Source: Candidatus Latescibacterota bacterium
GTDB lineage: Bacteria > Latescibacterota > UBA2968 > UBA8231
DNA length: 64,000 nucleotides
NCBI GenBank assembly: GCA_965206595.1
Contig: OZ242214.1
Span: 6,989,162-7,053,161 of the forward strand
Reading direction: 5' to 3'
The notes beneath the pieces are model-generated. The model saw only the letters and a program-made list of their open reading frames with translations. It was not told where the DNA came from and did not search any database. Shown in pieces: positions 17,886-27,534 of the stretch (its first letter is position 1; the number at the start of each line of letters is the position of its first letter). Position numbers and translations under genes: made by a program.

Positions 17886-20521
17886 CAGTACACCACCCCG
17901 ACCGCGGCCAGCGCCGATCCTGCGGCATCGGCATCGGTAGGTACCGAGACGCGCACGAGGTACAGGCCCGGACCGACCCGCCGGCCCTCGTCGTCGCGGC
18001 CGTCCCAGGGAACCGCGTGCTGTCCGCTGGGAATCTCCCGCACCCCCCCGAGGTCGCGCACCTTGCGGCCCGACAGGTCGTACACCCCCACCCGCAGGTC
18101 GCGCTCCCCCTTGATGCGGAACACGGAGAAGCGGATCCGGGTGGCCTCGTTGACGCCGTCGCCGTTGGGCGTGAACAAGGCCGGCTCGGCCCGCACGTTT
18201 TCGAGAATGGGGGCGTCCTCGACATCGGCGACCACCACCATCGACTCGCTGCGCACATCGCTGCTCGCGTCCCCTTCGGTGAAGGCCTGCACCACCCCGG
18301 GCCGCTGCGAGTTCAGCAGCTCCACCGTGAACGTGGTCCCGCTCAGGAACACCTGCGTCCGTATCTCCGCCCTGTAGAGCAGGGAACCGCCCGAAACCCG
18401 CTGCGGCAGCTCGACGACGACCCCGCCTTCCTCAAGGGCTTCGATGCGGGCGCCGCCGGGCCACAGGCTCCTGCCGCGGCCGCCGCGCAGCTGCGCCTCG
18501 CTCCCCGACTGCAGCGACACCAGCTCGATCGGGGCCGCCGAGGAGGAGCGCAGGCGCATGCGGTCGAACCCGGAATCGCCGCTCTGGAACTCCGGCCGCA
18601 TCCAGATGGCGAACTCCTCCTCCCTTCCGGGGCGCACCCCCTGGTTCGGCCAGATCTCGGCGAAGGTCTGTTCGACCAGCGGCGCCTCCAGCCCCAGCTC
18701 GATGCCCCGGATGCTCGCCGCGCGCAGCGGGTCGGCCGTCGACAGGCGCACCTGCAGCATCAGCATGCGCCGCGGACCGGGAGACCTGAACGGTTCCCCC
18801 TGCTCCCGGTACGGCTCGCTCCAGGCGCTCCAGCCTTCCCCGGGGAACTCCTCCGAGGTGGTGAACCCCCGGTTGCGCTCCGCGGTCGCATCCCACTGCT
18901 GCTCGCTGATCTCGCGCCCGAACAGGTCGTAGTACCTCTTGACCTCCAGCAGGTCGTCGCCGCTGCGGCTGCGCACCTCGAGGCGGGTGCCCTCCGGCGC
19001 CTCCCCGTCCCAGGAGACCCCGGTGAAGATGCGCGAGGTCCCCAGCTTGATGATCGGGGACTCCAGGACGACCTCGGAGACGAACCCCTCGCCGTACGCC
19101 TGCAGCTCGCTCAGGCTGCGGTTGATCTCGCTCCGCGCCCCGGAGAGCTCGAGACGGCGCAGCTCGATCAGGCGCACCTCTCGCGCCGGGAAGCGCTCCT
19201 CGAGCTGCAGGAACGCCTCCCTGTTATGGCGCTCCTCGAAATCCTCCCAGACCCGGTTGCCGTTGGGGTCGACCGAGCCGTCCGAAACGCGCAGCTGGTA
19301 GGCGGTGAGGGCGTCCTGGGCGCTGAGCAGCCGGAGGCGGTCGATCCAGAACTTTGCCCCCAGGTCGACGAGAAGCTGGTTGCGGTTGCGCAGCGGGTCG
19401 TACAGCCGCATCGGGTAGAAGGAGGAGTAGAGACCGTCTGTCGAGACCGTCAGGACGATGTCCTCGAACAGGTCGGTGGCGCGGTTGCGCAGGCGCTGCG
19501 TCAGCCCGACTGCGTTGTCGCCGAGGGTGATGACCTCGAGCTCGGCGACGCGGGGGCGCTCGTGCCGGTAGTAGCGGACCGGGCCCTGCTCCTCGTCGGG
19601 CAGTTCCCCCCAGGTCTCCTCATCGACCAGAATCTCGCGGCCGGCTACGGTCTGGCGGAAATGCTCGACTGCCCCCCGGTCGTGGTCGGACAGCAGGGCG
19701 TACTCCTCCCCGGTGACCTCCTCGCCGCGCGGACCGTCGGTGTCGAGCGCCTCGAGGCGGACGATCTGCGCCACTTCGCCGGCGACCCCGGGGGGCAGCG
19801 GCCGCTGCAGCGGCACCTCGAACTCGAACTCCCGCTGCTCCTTGTTGCGGCGGGTCACCTGGGCGACGCGGTAGAACTCGGCGTCGTAGCGGCTCGCGGT
19901 GTTGACGGAGGCGCGCCCGTTGGACATCAGCACGCGGAACTTCAGGAAGGGGTCCCCCGCCCCTTCATCGGCGAACTGCACCCGCACCCGGTCGGCGATC
20001 ACGGCGCGCCCGAGGTCCACCTCGATAAACCAGTTTTGCAGCGAGTCGGGGTCGACGGGCTCCCAGTAGGTCAGGGGGTCGCCGTCCATGACCAGGGCCG
20101 CGGTCTCCCGGCCGGTGCCGACCTGCCGCACTCCCCCGATGATGGTATCCCCACTGGCGATCACCTCGAAGTCGGTGGCGTTCAGCATGGCGTTGATGCC
20201 GCGCCGCAGGTATCTCGGCCTCACTTCCCCCTCCTCGACCAGGTAACCGCCCACGGCCCCCAGCCAGTCCCGCCAGTGGCCGTCCCCGCTCACGGTGAGG
20301 CGGTTCCCGGCGACGGTGTAGCCGTCCTGGGCGTTCCCCGCCGCGGTGCCGAGCAGGACCACGGACAGCAGGACCAAGTGACGGTGCCGCGTGAGGAGGT
20401 TCGGGGAAGGCTGCGCGGCTTGGAACGACCGACAACAATCAGGGTGAGGCCCTGTTCCCGTCGCGATCCGTCCGGCTCGTTTCGCCGGGGAGGTTGCCCC
20501 GCAGGTCGACAGGCCACGCAT
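17885..20521 (-). CDS. Secreted protein with two discoidin-like domains and C-terminal TPNGDG + FlgD-Ig domain
   Basis: TAATG coupling; hydrophobic stretch LVLLSVVLLGTAAG; DGDPLTYW..IEVDLGR; VDLGAKFWIDRLRL; FTPNGDGVNE...WDGRDDEGRRVGPGLYLV. Confidence 0.8.
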   Translation of the reverse strand: MRGLSTCGATSPAKRAGRIATGTGPHPDCCRSFQAAQPSPNLLTRHRHLVLLSVVLLGTAAGNAQDGYTVAGNRLTVSGDGHWRDWLGAVGGYLVEEGEVRPRYLRRGINAMLNATDFEVIASGDTIIGGVRQVGTGRETAALVMDGDPLTYWEPVDPDSLQNWFIEVDLGRAVIADRVRVQFADEGAGDPFLKFRVLMSNGRASVNTASRYDAEFYRVAQVTRRNKEQREFEFEVPLQRPLPPGVAGEVAQIVRLEALDTDGPRGEEVTGEEYALLSDHDRGAVEHFRQTVAGREILVDEETWGELPDEEQGPVRYYRHERPRVAELEVITLGDNAVGLTQRLRNRATDLFEDIVLTVSTDGLYSSFYPMRLYDPLRNRNQLLVDLGAKFWIDRLRLLSAQDALTAYQLRVSDGSVDPNGNRVWEDFEERHNREAFLQLEERFPAREVRLIELRRLELSGARSEINRSLSELQAYGEGFVSEVVLESPIIKLGTSRIFTGVSWDGEAPEGTRLEVRSRSGDDLLEVKRYYDLFGREISEQQWDATAERNRGFTTSEEFPGEGWSAWSEPYREQGEPFRSPGPRRMLMLQVRLSTADPLRAASIRGIELGLEAPLVEQTFAEIWPNQGVRPGREEEFAIWMRPEFQSGDSGFDRMRLRSSSAAPIELVSLQSGSEAQLRGGRGRSLWPGGARIEALEEGGVVVELPQRVSGGSLLYRAEIRTQVFLSGTTFTVELLNSQRPGVVQAFTEGDASSDVRSESMVVVADVEDAPILENVRAEPALFTPNGDGVNEATRIRFSVFRIKGERDLRVGVYDLSGRKVRDLGGVREIPSGQHAVPWDGRDDEGRRVGPGLYLVRVSVPTDADAAGSALAAVGVVY

Positions 20522-22452
20522 TAGTACACCACCGCCACGATTCCCTGCCGCACCTCGGGATCGCCGTCGCCGCGCACCCTGAGCCGGTAGATGTAGGTTC
20601 CCGGGGGTACGAGGGCGCCGTCGCTGCGGCGGCCGTCCCATACCTGCCGGTGGTTGCCGACCGGCTGCACCGCCTCGACCGCCGCCACCCGGCGCCCCCC
20701 GAGATCGAACAACAACAGCTCCACCGGAGAAGGCCGCGTCACCGTAAGCAGGGAGTAACCGATCTTCAACTCGTCGTTGATCCCGTCCCCGTTCGGGGTC
20801 AGCACCGGGTGTTGGAGCTCGAAGTTGGCCAGCAGCGGGGCGCGTTCCCCCTGTTTCTCCAGGGAGACGACCAGGCCCTGCGCCGCGGTTTCCGAATCGG
20901 CGTCTCCCGGGACCGCGAAGTGATACCCCGTCTCCTCGACATCGACCGTCCCTTCAGAGGTCCGCCTGCCTACGACGCGGTCGTCGAGGACGCGGACCCG
21001 GAACGCGGTCTTGTCGCGGTACACCGTGCCCAGAAAGATCACCTGGATGAACGACCCGTCCTGCTCAACCTGCCGCCGCAGGTCGACGTACACGCCGTCC
21101 GGGTGCCGCCGGGAGATGAAAGCCACAGCGCGGTCGTCGATGCGGACCTGCCGCACCCGCCCGATGTCAGCATCGGTCTCTATCAGGATGCGTTGGAAAC
21201 CGGTATCGCTGCGTCCGACCCGGCTTCCGGAAGTGGCAATCTTCATGTGGGCCAGCATCGCCAGGGAGAACTCCGTCTCCACCCCCGCGGCCACCGTGTC
21301 GGGGCTCACCTCCGCGACCACGCCTTGCACCAGCGGCGGGAAGATGGTCTCGAACACCAGACGGTCGAGGCGCACCCCGGGGGTGAACAGGCGCACCCGG
21401 AACTGCATGTACGTCTCGAGATTCCGGGAACGCACTACCCCCTGCGACACCGGCTCCCAGCTGCTCCAGTTCGGGTTCGGGCGGATCGGTCCCCGCAGGT
21501 GAGGTTTCGCGGCCGTGTACTCGGCCCGGTCCTTGGCCCTGACGATCTCGTCCCCATCCTCCTCGCGAAGGAAGTACCACTCCGCCTCCTTGTCGGGTCC
21601 CACCCGGGTATGGATCAGCACGGGGGAGGAATCGACCCCCCGACCCTCGAAGCGGACCAGGCCGAACACCCTCAACCCCAACCGCATCGACTTCGAGCGG
21701 AACTCACCCGTCGGCAGCGAGCCGTCCCCGTAGACCTCCAGCTCGGCGATCTCCCAGGGCCGCTGCGAGGTCGGGGCGATGCGGACGTAGCGGACGTCCC
21801 GGGATTCGAACCGCTTCTCGACCACCGGCTGGAAGTTGGGAAGGGCGGGGTAGAAGGAGAACAGCTCCTCGAAGTCGCCGAGGACGCCCGAAGGGTGGGT
21901 GGCGACGGAGAACTCCTGCAGAAAGCGGCGCTGGTTGCGCGGGTCGAGGCGGGGAAACAACCGAATCCGGTTGACGCGGAAGGTTGCCCCGAGGTCGAGG
22001 TGGATGGCGGTGGTCCGCCCGAGCCCCGGCCTCCGGGCCTGCTGTGAGATCACGTCGGCGTCGTAGTAGGTAACGGGGTCGCCGTCGGAGAGCACCTCGG
22101 CGCCGGCTATCTCTACTGGAACCGGCCCTAAAAATCCCGGTACGATCCGGAGAATCCGGCCATTCCGCTGACCCATGGTCAGGGACAGGTTGGCGTCCGG
22201 CTCGACGCCCCACATCCAGATCGAGTCGGGCCCGACTCCCATGAACCGGGAGGCCTCCCGGAGCTCATTCCAGCCGCCCTGCCGGGAGTTAAGGCCGACG
22301 ACGAGGGAGTCGACGGCGGCGGCGGATTCGACCAGAACGAGAAGAGAAAGGAGAATGGAGGCGGGAACAGCGGGGGCGAACTTCGAGGCAGGAAGGGGAA
22401 ATCGCCCTGTAATCGCATCGCACCTCTTTCCAAGCGCTGTGCTCATTCCCAT
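20521..22452 (-). CDS. Secreted protein with discoidin-like domain and C-terminal TPNGDG + FlgD-Ig domain
   Basis: Start ATG 22452 or 22446 after GGAGGG; DGDPVTY, HLDLGATFRVNRIRLFPR, WEIAELEVYG; LTPNGDGINDE...WDGRRSDGALVPPGTYIY. Confidence 0.8.
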   Translation of the reverse strand: MGMSTALGKRCDAITGRFPLPASKFAPAVPASILLSLLVLVESAAAVDSLVVGLNSRQGGWNELREASRFMGVGPDSIWMWGVEPDANLSLTMGQRNGRILRIVPGFLGPVPVEIAGAEVLSDGDPVTYYDADVISQQARRPGLGRTTAIHLDLGATFRVNRIRLFPRLDPRNQRRFLQEFSVATHPSGVLGDFEELFSFYPALPNFQPVVEKRFESRDVRYVRIAPTSQRPWEIAELEVYGDGSLPTGEFRSKSMRLGLRVFGLVRFEGRGVDSSPVLIHTRVGPDKEAEWYFLREEDGDEIVRAKDRAEYTAAKPHLRGPIRPNPNWSSWEPVSQGVVRSRNLETYMQFRVRLFTPGVRLDRLVFETIFPPLVQGVVAEVSPDTVAAGVETEFSLAMLAHMKIATSGSRVGRSDTGFQRILIETDADIGRVRQVRIDDRAVAFISRRHPDGVYVDLRRQVEQDGSFIQVIFLGTVYRDKTAFRVRVLDDRVVGRRTSEGTVDVEETGYHFAVPGDADSETAAQGLVVSLEKQGERAPLLANFELQHPVLTPNGDGINDELKIGYSLLTVTRPSPVELLLFDLGGRRVAAVEAVQPVGNHRQVWDGRRSDGALVPPGTYIYRLRVRGDGDPEVRQGIVAVVY

Positions 22453-22790
22453 TTCCCTCCGCGGAGCGGGCCGAAAGGGGCCGGCTCCAACCCAAAGGTT
22501 CACCTAAAAAGTTGCGGGCAATGTAGCTGAAACGAATACGCACACCAACTTTAAAATTAAATTTCCCGAGGACGGGATGTTCAGGACGTATTCTTTGCAA
22601 AAACGGCTCATAGGTTCGACGTCCGGCTCCAGTGCAATTCAGGATTGGTCGATAGCTTCTTCCCGCGGACCGTTGGATACCCCCGCACCTCCGCTGTGAT
22701 CTCCGTTTCCGGCGAGGGACGACCAATCGGGACAGAGGCAGATGCCGCAATCCGGGGGCGAGGTGGGGGTTTGGCATGATCCCAGCCTTG

Positions 22791-23243
22791 TTACGAGGTC
22801 CGGCTCCCTCCTTCGATGTCGTCCAGTCCGTCGATCTCCGGGCGGAAATACCGCTTGCCCGCGGCAATGCTTTGGATCGCCGGGACCAGGTCACGAGCTA
22901 TCGAATTCTTGACGACGTACCCCGAAGCGCCCGCATCGAGCATCGCCTGGACGTAGATCCTTTCGCAGTGAATGGAAAGGGCCACCACCCGCACCTCAGG
23001 CAGTTCGGCGCCGATCTGCCGGGTGGCGCTGATGCCGCCGCCCCCCGGCATGCTGATGTCCATGACGACGACGTCCGGTTGCAGCAGGCGCGCCTGTTCC
23101 AGGGCGGATTCCCCGTCGACCGCCTCGCCGACCACCTCCATGCCGTCCTGCCCGACAAGAAGCGCCTTGACCTCTTCTCTCAGCATTTCGTGGTCGTCTG
23201 CCAGAACTATCCTGATGGTCATGATACTTTCACACTTTCTCAC
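22791..23243 (-). CDS. NarL-type response regulator receiver domain without DNA-binding domain
   Basis: IVLADDH, PDVVVMDISMP, GASGYVVK; ends before any LuxR HTH. Confidence 0.85.
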   Translation of the reverse strand: MRKCESIMTIRIVLADDHEMLREEVKALLVGQDGMEVVGEAVDGESALEQARLLQPDVVVMDISMPGGGGISATRQIGAELPEVRVVALSIHCERIYVQAMLDAGASGYVVKNSIARDLVPAIQSIAAGKRYFRPEIDGLDDIEGGSRTS

Positions 23244-23261
23244 GCGTTGCGCGCGTAGCTG

Positions 23262-23482
23262 GCCGCTGCTTCATGATGCAGATCTGGTTGTCCCCGTAGC
23301 GAGAGGAAACGAACGAGATCTCATTGGCTTGCGGCGAAGGTGACCTCACGTCGGGATGCCAGAACAGGCCTGCCGTGAAACCGGACAGCCGGCGAATCTC
23401 ACCGTCCCGAGAGCGGTATGCGCTCCCATCCAGATCGTGCGCATTCGCCTGAGCGGACAGGAGTATGAGGATGATGAAGGTC
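23262..23482 (-). pseudogene. TolB/PD40-like secreted protein remnant, 5' cut by IS5
   Basis: Manual translation FIILILLSAQANAHDLDGSAY...EISFVSSRYGDNQICIM; similar to 27110-27534. Confidence 0.5.
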
Positions 23483-24337
23483 GAACCTATCTCAAAATTG
23501 AAATTGTTTAAGTAAAATCAAAATGGATGCAAGTTGGACGAAGCCAAGAAAATTCTCCGGATACAATTCCCAGCGAGTGATCACTCGACGCTGCCATTGA
23601 AGCCAAGCAAAGAATCTCTCAACCATCCAAGGCCGCACATAACGCCGCAATCGCCGTCCGTCCTGAGTCTTTTTCTTGGTCCGATTCTGGCGATGCGGGG
23701 CGATCATCTCGATCCCGTCTTTCTTAAGCTCTTCATCCAACGAATCGCTGTCGTACGCCTTGTCGCCGATCAAGTTGTCAGGTTGGTCTTCGATCAGGTA
23801 AAAGTCAAAGGTCAACTGAACCAGCGTCACTTCATGATGGTTCGCTGCATGCGTGCTCACCGACAAGGGAAGCCCATTGCCGTCCACGATCCCCATGACC
23901 CGCACCCCCTTACCTCGCTTGGTGTGGCCGATATCGGCACCTCCACCCTTGGCCGCCGAGAACAGGCCGTCGATGAAAGCCTCCGATTCGTCCAGGTCCC
24001 CTTGCTCGTGAAGGGTCTGGGCCAGGTCCATGAGAACATCGCGCAGCACCTCGTTGCGACACCAATTTTGAAAGCGACGATGCACCGTTTTGTAGTTCGG
24101 ATAGCCCTGCGGCAGCATGTGCCATTGGGCACCGGTATTGAGAATCCAAAGGACGGCTTCAAGAACCTCACGTGTGGCAACTGGTTTGCGGCCCGGATGG
24201 CTTTTGGGACGATTTTCTTCAGGAAAGTGATGACGGATTCGCTCCCATTGCTTGTCGGTCAAAGTAACCATATAAATAATGATACATTATCATCAATCAG
24301 AACCCAAGATTAAATTTTGTGATTTTGAGATAGGTTC
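23483..24337 (-). mobile_element. IS5-family element copy 1 (mosaic)
   Basis: Terminal IRs GAACCTATCTCAAAA / TTTTGAGATAGGTTC. Confidence 0.9.
23492..24271 (-). CDS. IS5-family transposase
   Basis: LTDKQW, TGAQW, YKTVHRRF, GDKAYDSD, VERFFAWL. Confidence 0.92.
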   Translation of the reverse strand: MVTLTDKQWERIRHHFPEENRPKSHPGRKPVATREVLEAVLWILNTGAQWHMLPQGYPNYKTVHRRFQNWCRNEVLRDVLMDLAQTLHEQGDLDESEAFIDGLFSAAKGGGADIGHTKRGKGVRVMGIVDGNGLPLSVSTHAANHHEVTLVQLTFDFYLIEDQPDNLIGDKAYDSDSLDEELKKDGIEMIAPHRQNRTKKKTQDGRRLRRYVRPWMVERFFAWLQWQRRVITRWELYPENFLGFVQLASILILLKQFQF

Positions 24338-24422
24338 ATGTCGGTCAGGTTGACCATACACCAATGGTACATCACTGTCATTTCGAAAACAAGTTTAAGT
24401 TTGCCTATTTTGAGATAGATTC
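24338..24422 (-). mobile_element. Orphan left end of the IS5 isoform of copies 2/3 (IR + first 7 codons)
   Basis: Near-identical to 25619-25703, with a slightly degenerate IR TTTTGAGATAGATTC. Confidence 0.8.
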
Positions 24423-24849
24423 TTGTCAAGAGGTGAACCGCTTCCATTCACCGCTGAAATCGTTGGTGACGATAGAGAAGGTATGGGAAAGATCCTTTCC
24501 CATACCAGGGATACTATCCGAACTTGTGGCGTAGCCACGTTCAGTACCACCCCATATGAGATCCTCATGTGGTCTCATTATGCCGACCACCATAAAGGAT
24601 TTTGTATCGAATTTGAGCGTAATTCCACGAATATGTTGAGAGGAGATGGAGGCAAAACTGTAAACTATCAAGATCGGCGTCCAATAATCGATGGGCTGGA
24701 CTTTTTCAGGGATCCTGAAGGTGTCCTTAACGACATCCTATACACCAAAGCTCCTTGTTGGTGCTACGAATTTGAGTGGCGGCTAGTTTACTTTTCAGAA
24801 ACTCCCGGAAGTCTTGTCCGGGAAAAGCCGATGGATGCAAGAATGAAGT
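24423..24849 (+). pseudogene. DUF2971-family protein fragment
   Basis: LMWSHYADHHKGFCIEF and TKAPCWCYEFEWR; low GC; both ends abut IS5 termini. Confidence 0.75.
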
Positions 24850-25703
24850 GAACCTATCTCAAAATTGAAATTGTTTAAGTAAAATCAAAATGGATGCAAG
24901 TTGGACGAAGCCAAGAAAATTCTCCGGATACAATTCCCAGCGAGTGATCACTCGACGCTGCCATTGAAGCCAAGCAAAGAATCTCTCAACCATCCAACGC
25001 CGCACATAACGCCGCAATCGCCGTCCGTCCTGAGTCTTTTTCTTGGTCCGATTCTGGCGATGCGGGGCGATCATCTCGATCCCGTCTTTCTTACGTTCTT
25101 CATCCAACGAATCGCTGTCGTACGCTTTGTCGCCGATCAAGTTGTCAGGTTGGTCTTCGATGAGGTAAAAGTCAAAGGTCAACTGAACCAGCGTCACTTC
25201 ATGATGGTTCGCTGCATGCGTGCTCACCGACAAGGGAAGCCCATTGCCGTCCACGATCCCCATGACCCGCACCCCCTTACCTCGCTTGGTGTGGCCGATA
25301 TCGGCACCTCCACCCTTGGCCGCCGAGAACATGCCGTCGATGAAAGCCTCCGATTCGTCCAGGCCCCCTTGCTCGTGAAGGGTCTGGGCCAGGTCCATGA
25401 GAACTTCGCGTACCACCCCTTGACGACACCCGTTTTGAAAACGGCGATGAACGGTTTTGTAGTTCGGATAGCACGGCGGCAACATAGGCCATTGAGCCCC
25501 GGTGTTTAGAATCCAAAGGACGGCTTCAAAAACATCACGGGTGCAAACCGGTTTGCGACCCGGATGGCTCTTGGGACGAAGTTCTTCAGGAAAGTGATGG
25601 CGGATTCGTTGCCATTGCATGTCGGTCAGGTTGACCATACACCAATGGTACATCACTGTCATTTCGAAAACAAGTTTAAGTTTGCCTGTTTTGAGATAGG
25701 TTC
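24850..25703 (-). mobile_element. IS5-family element copy 2 (transposase 24859 to ~25638)
   Basis: Same IRs; transposase MVNLTDMQW...LKQFQF. Confidence 0.9.
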
Positions 25704-25706
25704 TCA

Positions 25707-26553
25707 TTACCGCAGCGATGCCTTGATACGTCCCCAGGTGACGGACTCGACGGCTGTATCCTGAGCGCGAAGCAGCACCCCGTCCAGGAAGCCATTAGCC
25801 TTGCCATTAAGAAGATCAAGATCATCTATGCGTTCAGCGTATATATCTACCGGAAGCCAGAATGGACCCATTCCGCGCTCTCTTCCGTCAGTATCGTTAA
25901 CTATAATGGAAAAACCTATTACCTGGTGTGCAGACAGTTCGCTGAATTCGGTTTGGTCTACCTCATCCCACGCCCCCCACCAGTTATATGGTGTGACATA
26001 CATCTCGATCACGCTGACGGTAGGATTTTCTCCGGCTGCTGTTCCCCCCGCATCCCCATAGGGAGGATAAACCTTCCACGAGTTAGGTAGCCCGCGGTCA
26101 TACCAAATTGGGGAATGGCCCACTCTGATTTGGTTGTCCAACGTAGGGCCGCTTACTGTTTGAGCTATGACTGTGATCTGCATCAATATTGAAAAGTACA
26201 CTGTCAAACAGAAGCACAGACGCGTTATTGTCCTCAGTATAGTTATGTGTGTTGTTGTATTCGTCGTCTATAATGATGAAGGCCGCATAAATGCGATTCG
26301 ACTCGTCATGCCAAGCCAGCCAAATGCGAAAATCCAGGTTGGATGGTTCGGGCGGGATCAGATTGCCCAAAGTCTGGAAATCCAGGAGGGTCATACTGGG
26401 CTCGCCGATCTCGTACCATTCGTCAATCAGCCCGTCATGCAAGTCGATCGTTCCCAGCATCTCATCCGTAAGCTCGTAGATGGGATACAGGCGATCCCCG
26501 CTGTGAGCTGAGGCCACGGCGGTCCATATGAGCAGTGCGATCAGTTGTTTCAT
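25707..26553 (-). pseudogene. Secreted CBM9/DOMON-like protein with C-terminal TAVESVTWGRIK tail, frameshifted
   Basis: MKQLIALLIWTAVASA signal; IDLHDGLIDEW, WLAWHDESNRIY; C-half in another frame (shift ~26160-26190). Confidence 0.65.
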
Positions 26554-26806
26554 TTTTGGTTTCCTTTCAAAAAACAAGTGGATGGCGTTCTCAAAGAGCT
26601 TCATCCACTTGTTGATAACCGCCACGAGAACCTGACCTCCATTTCCGTGAAACCATGGGGCCTTTCGTTCGTCCTGGATTGAAAGATCGCAACAGACAGG
26701 CGGCTCCGGTATCACCCGATCGGGTGAATCTGCGGAAAAATGGCCGGTTTTTTTCCGAAACCGGCGCCGCCGGCGCAGGACTGTTTGCGGAATGGGTGCT
26801 GAAACC

Positions 26807-26825
26807 GGGGGGGGGGGGGGGGGGG
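26807..26825. repeat. Homopolymer G19
   Basis: 19 consecutive G in an intergenic region. Confidence 0.9.
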
Positions 26826-26857
26826 ATATAAGGGAGTGACTGCCGCGACGAGGGCAG

Positions 26858-27100
26858 CTACAGCGAAGTGAGCCCTGTGCTGACCGCGTACTTGGTCAAG
26901 GCCGCTATGCCGTGCCGGTCGAGCTTCTTCACGATGTGCTTCCGGTGCGTGTGGACGGTGTGCTCGCTCAGGTTCAGTTGCCTGGCAATTTGCGGCGTCG
27001 TCAGGTCCTCGCTGATGAGCCGAACCACCTCGCGCTCGCGCGGGCTCAGCTCCGGATGGGCGACAAGGGCCTGCACCTGGTCCAGGGCCGCCCAGCCCGT
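26858..27100 (-). pseudogene. LuxR-type HTH C-terminal fragment of a response regulator
   Basis: LSPREREVVRLISEDLTTPQIARQLNLSEHTVHTHRKHIVKKL; no receiver domain upstream. Confidence 0.75.
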
Positions 27101-27109
27101 CGCATCCTT

Positions 27110-27534
27110 TTAATCCAACAAACCCATCAGCCAATGGAAGAAAGGTTCCGGCCGGCTGGAGACAAAACAGAGGCTTCTACCATCGGGCGACCAGGACAGC
27201 TGCCAGTCACCTTCCCGGACCTGGGGAAGGCGCCTTATACCGGTTCCATCAGCCGCCATGCCGTAAATCCCGCTGATTCCTTCCCGATCGGACACGAAGG
27301 CGATTTCTCTCGTGGAGGACCAGGCCGGGTTCCAGTCCTTTCTTCCGGGGTTGTGTGCTGGGCCCACAGGATGCGCCGGCCATCCGGCGACCACCGCGGC
27401 GAGGCCGCCCCGTATTCAGACAACCGCCGGACTTGGGTACCGTCCAGAGAGGCGAGGTATACGCTGCCGCTAAGATCGTGCGCAGGGACACCGCCCGACC
27501 ACAGAGGCAGCAGAACGAGCAAGCATCTTTTCAT
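27110..27534 (-). pseudogene. TolB/PD40-repeat secreted protein, frameshifted and truncated
   Basis: Signal peptide; SPRWSPDGRRI; NPAWS..EIAFVSDREG; LSWSPDGRSLCFVS across two frames. Confidence 0.7.

Noticed and set aside
15211-18258. N-terminal part of the 1650-aa ORF 13306..18258
   Set aside because: Off-frame read-through typical of high-GC DNA; the real start is 15210 with a signal peptide
13300-22047. Long plus-strand ORFs (13300..15330, 15750..18377, 17867..20524, 20494..22047)
   Set aside because: Antisense shadows of the minus-strand operon with no recognisable motifs
23534-25509. Conserved antisense ORFs in the IS5 copies
   Set aside because: Recurrence simply reflects IS sequence identity
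22791-27100. Receiver and LuxR fragments as one gene split by IS insertions
   Set aside because: Wrong order on the minus strand: the HTH lies upstream of the receiver
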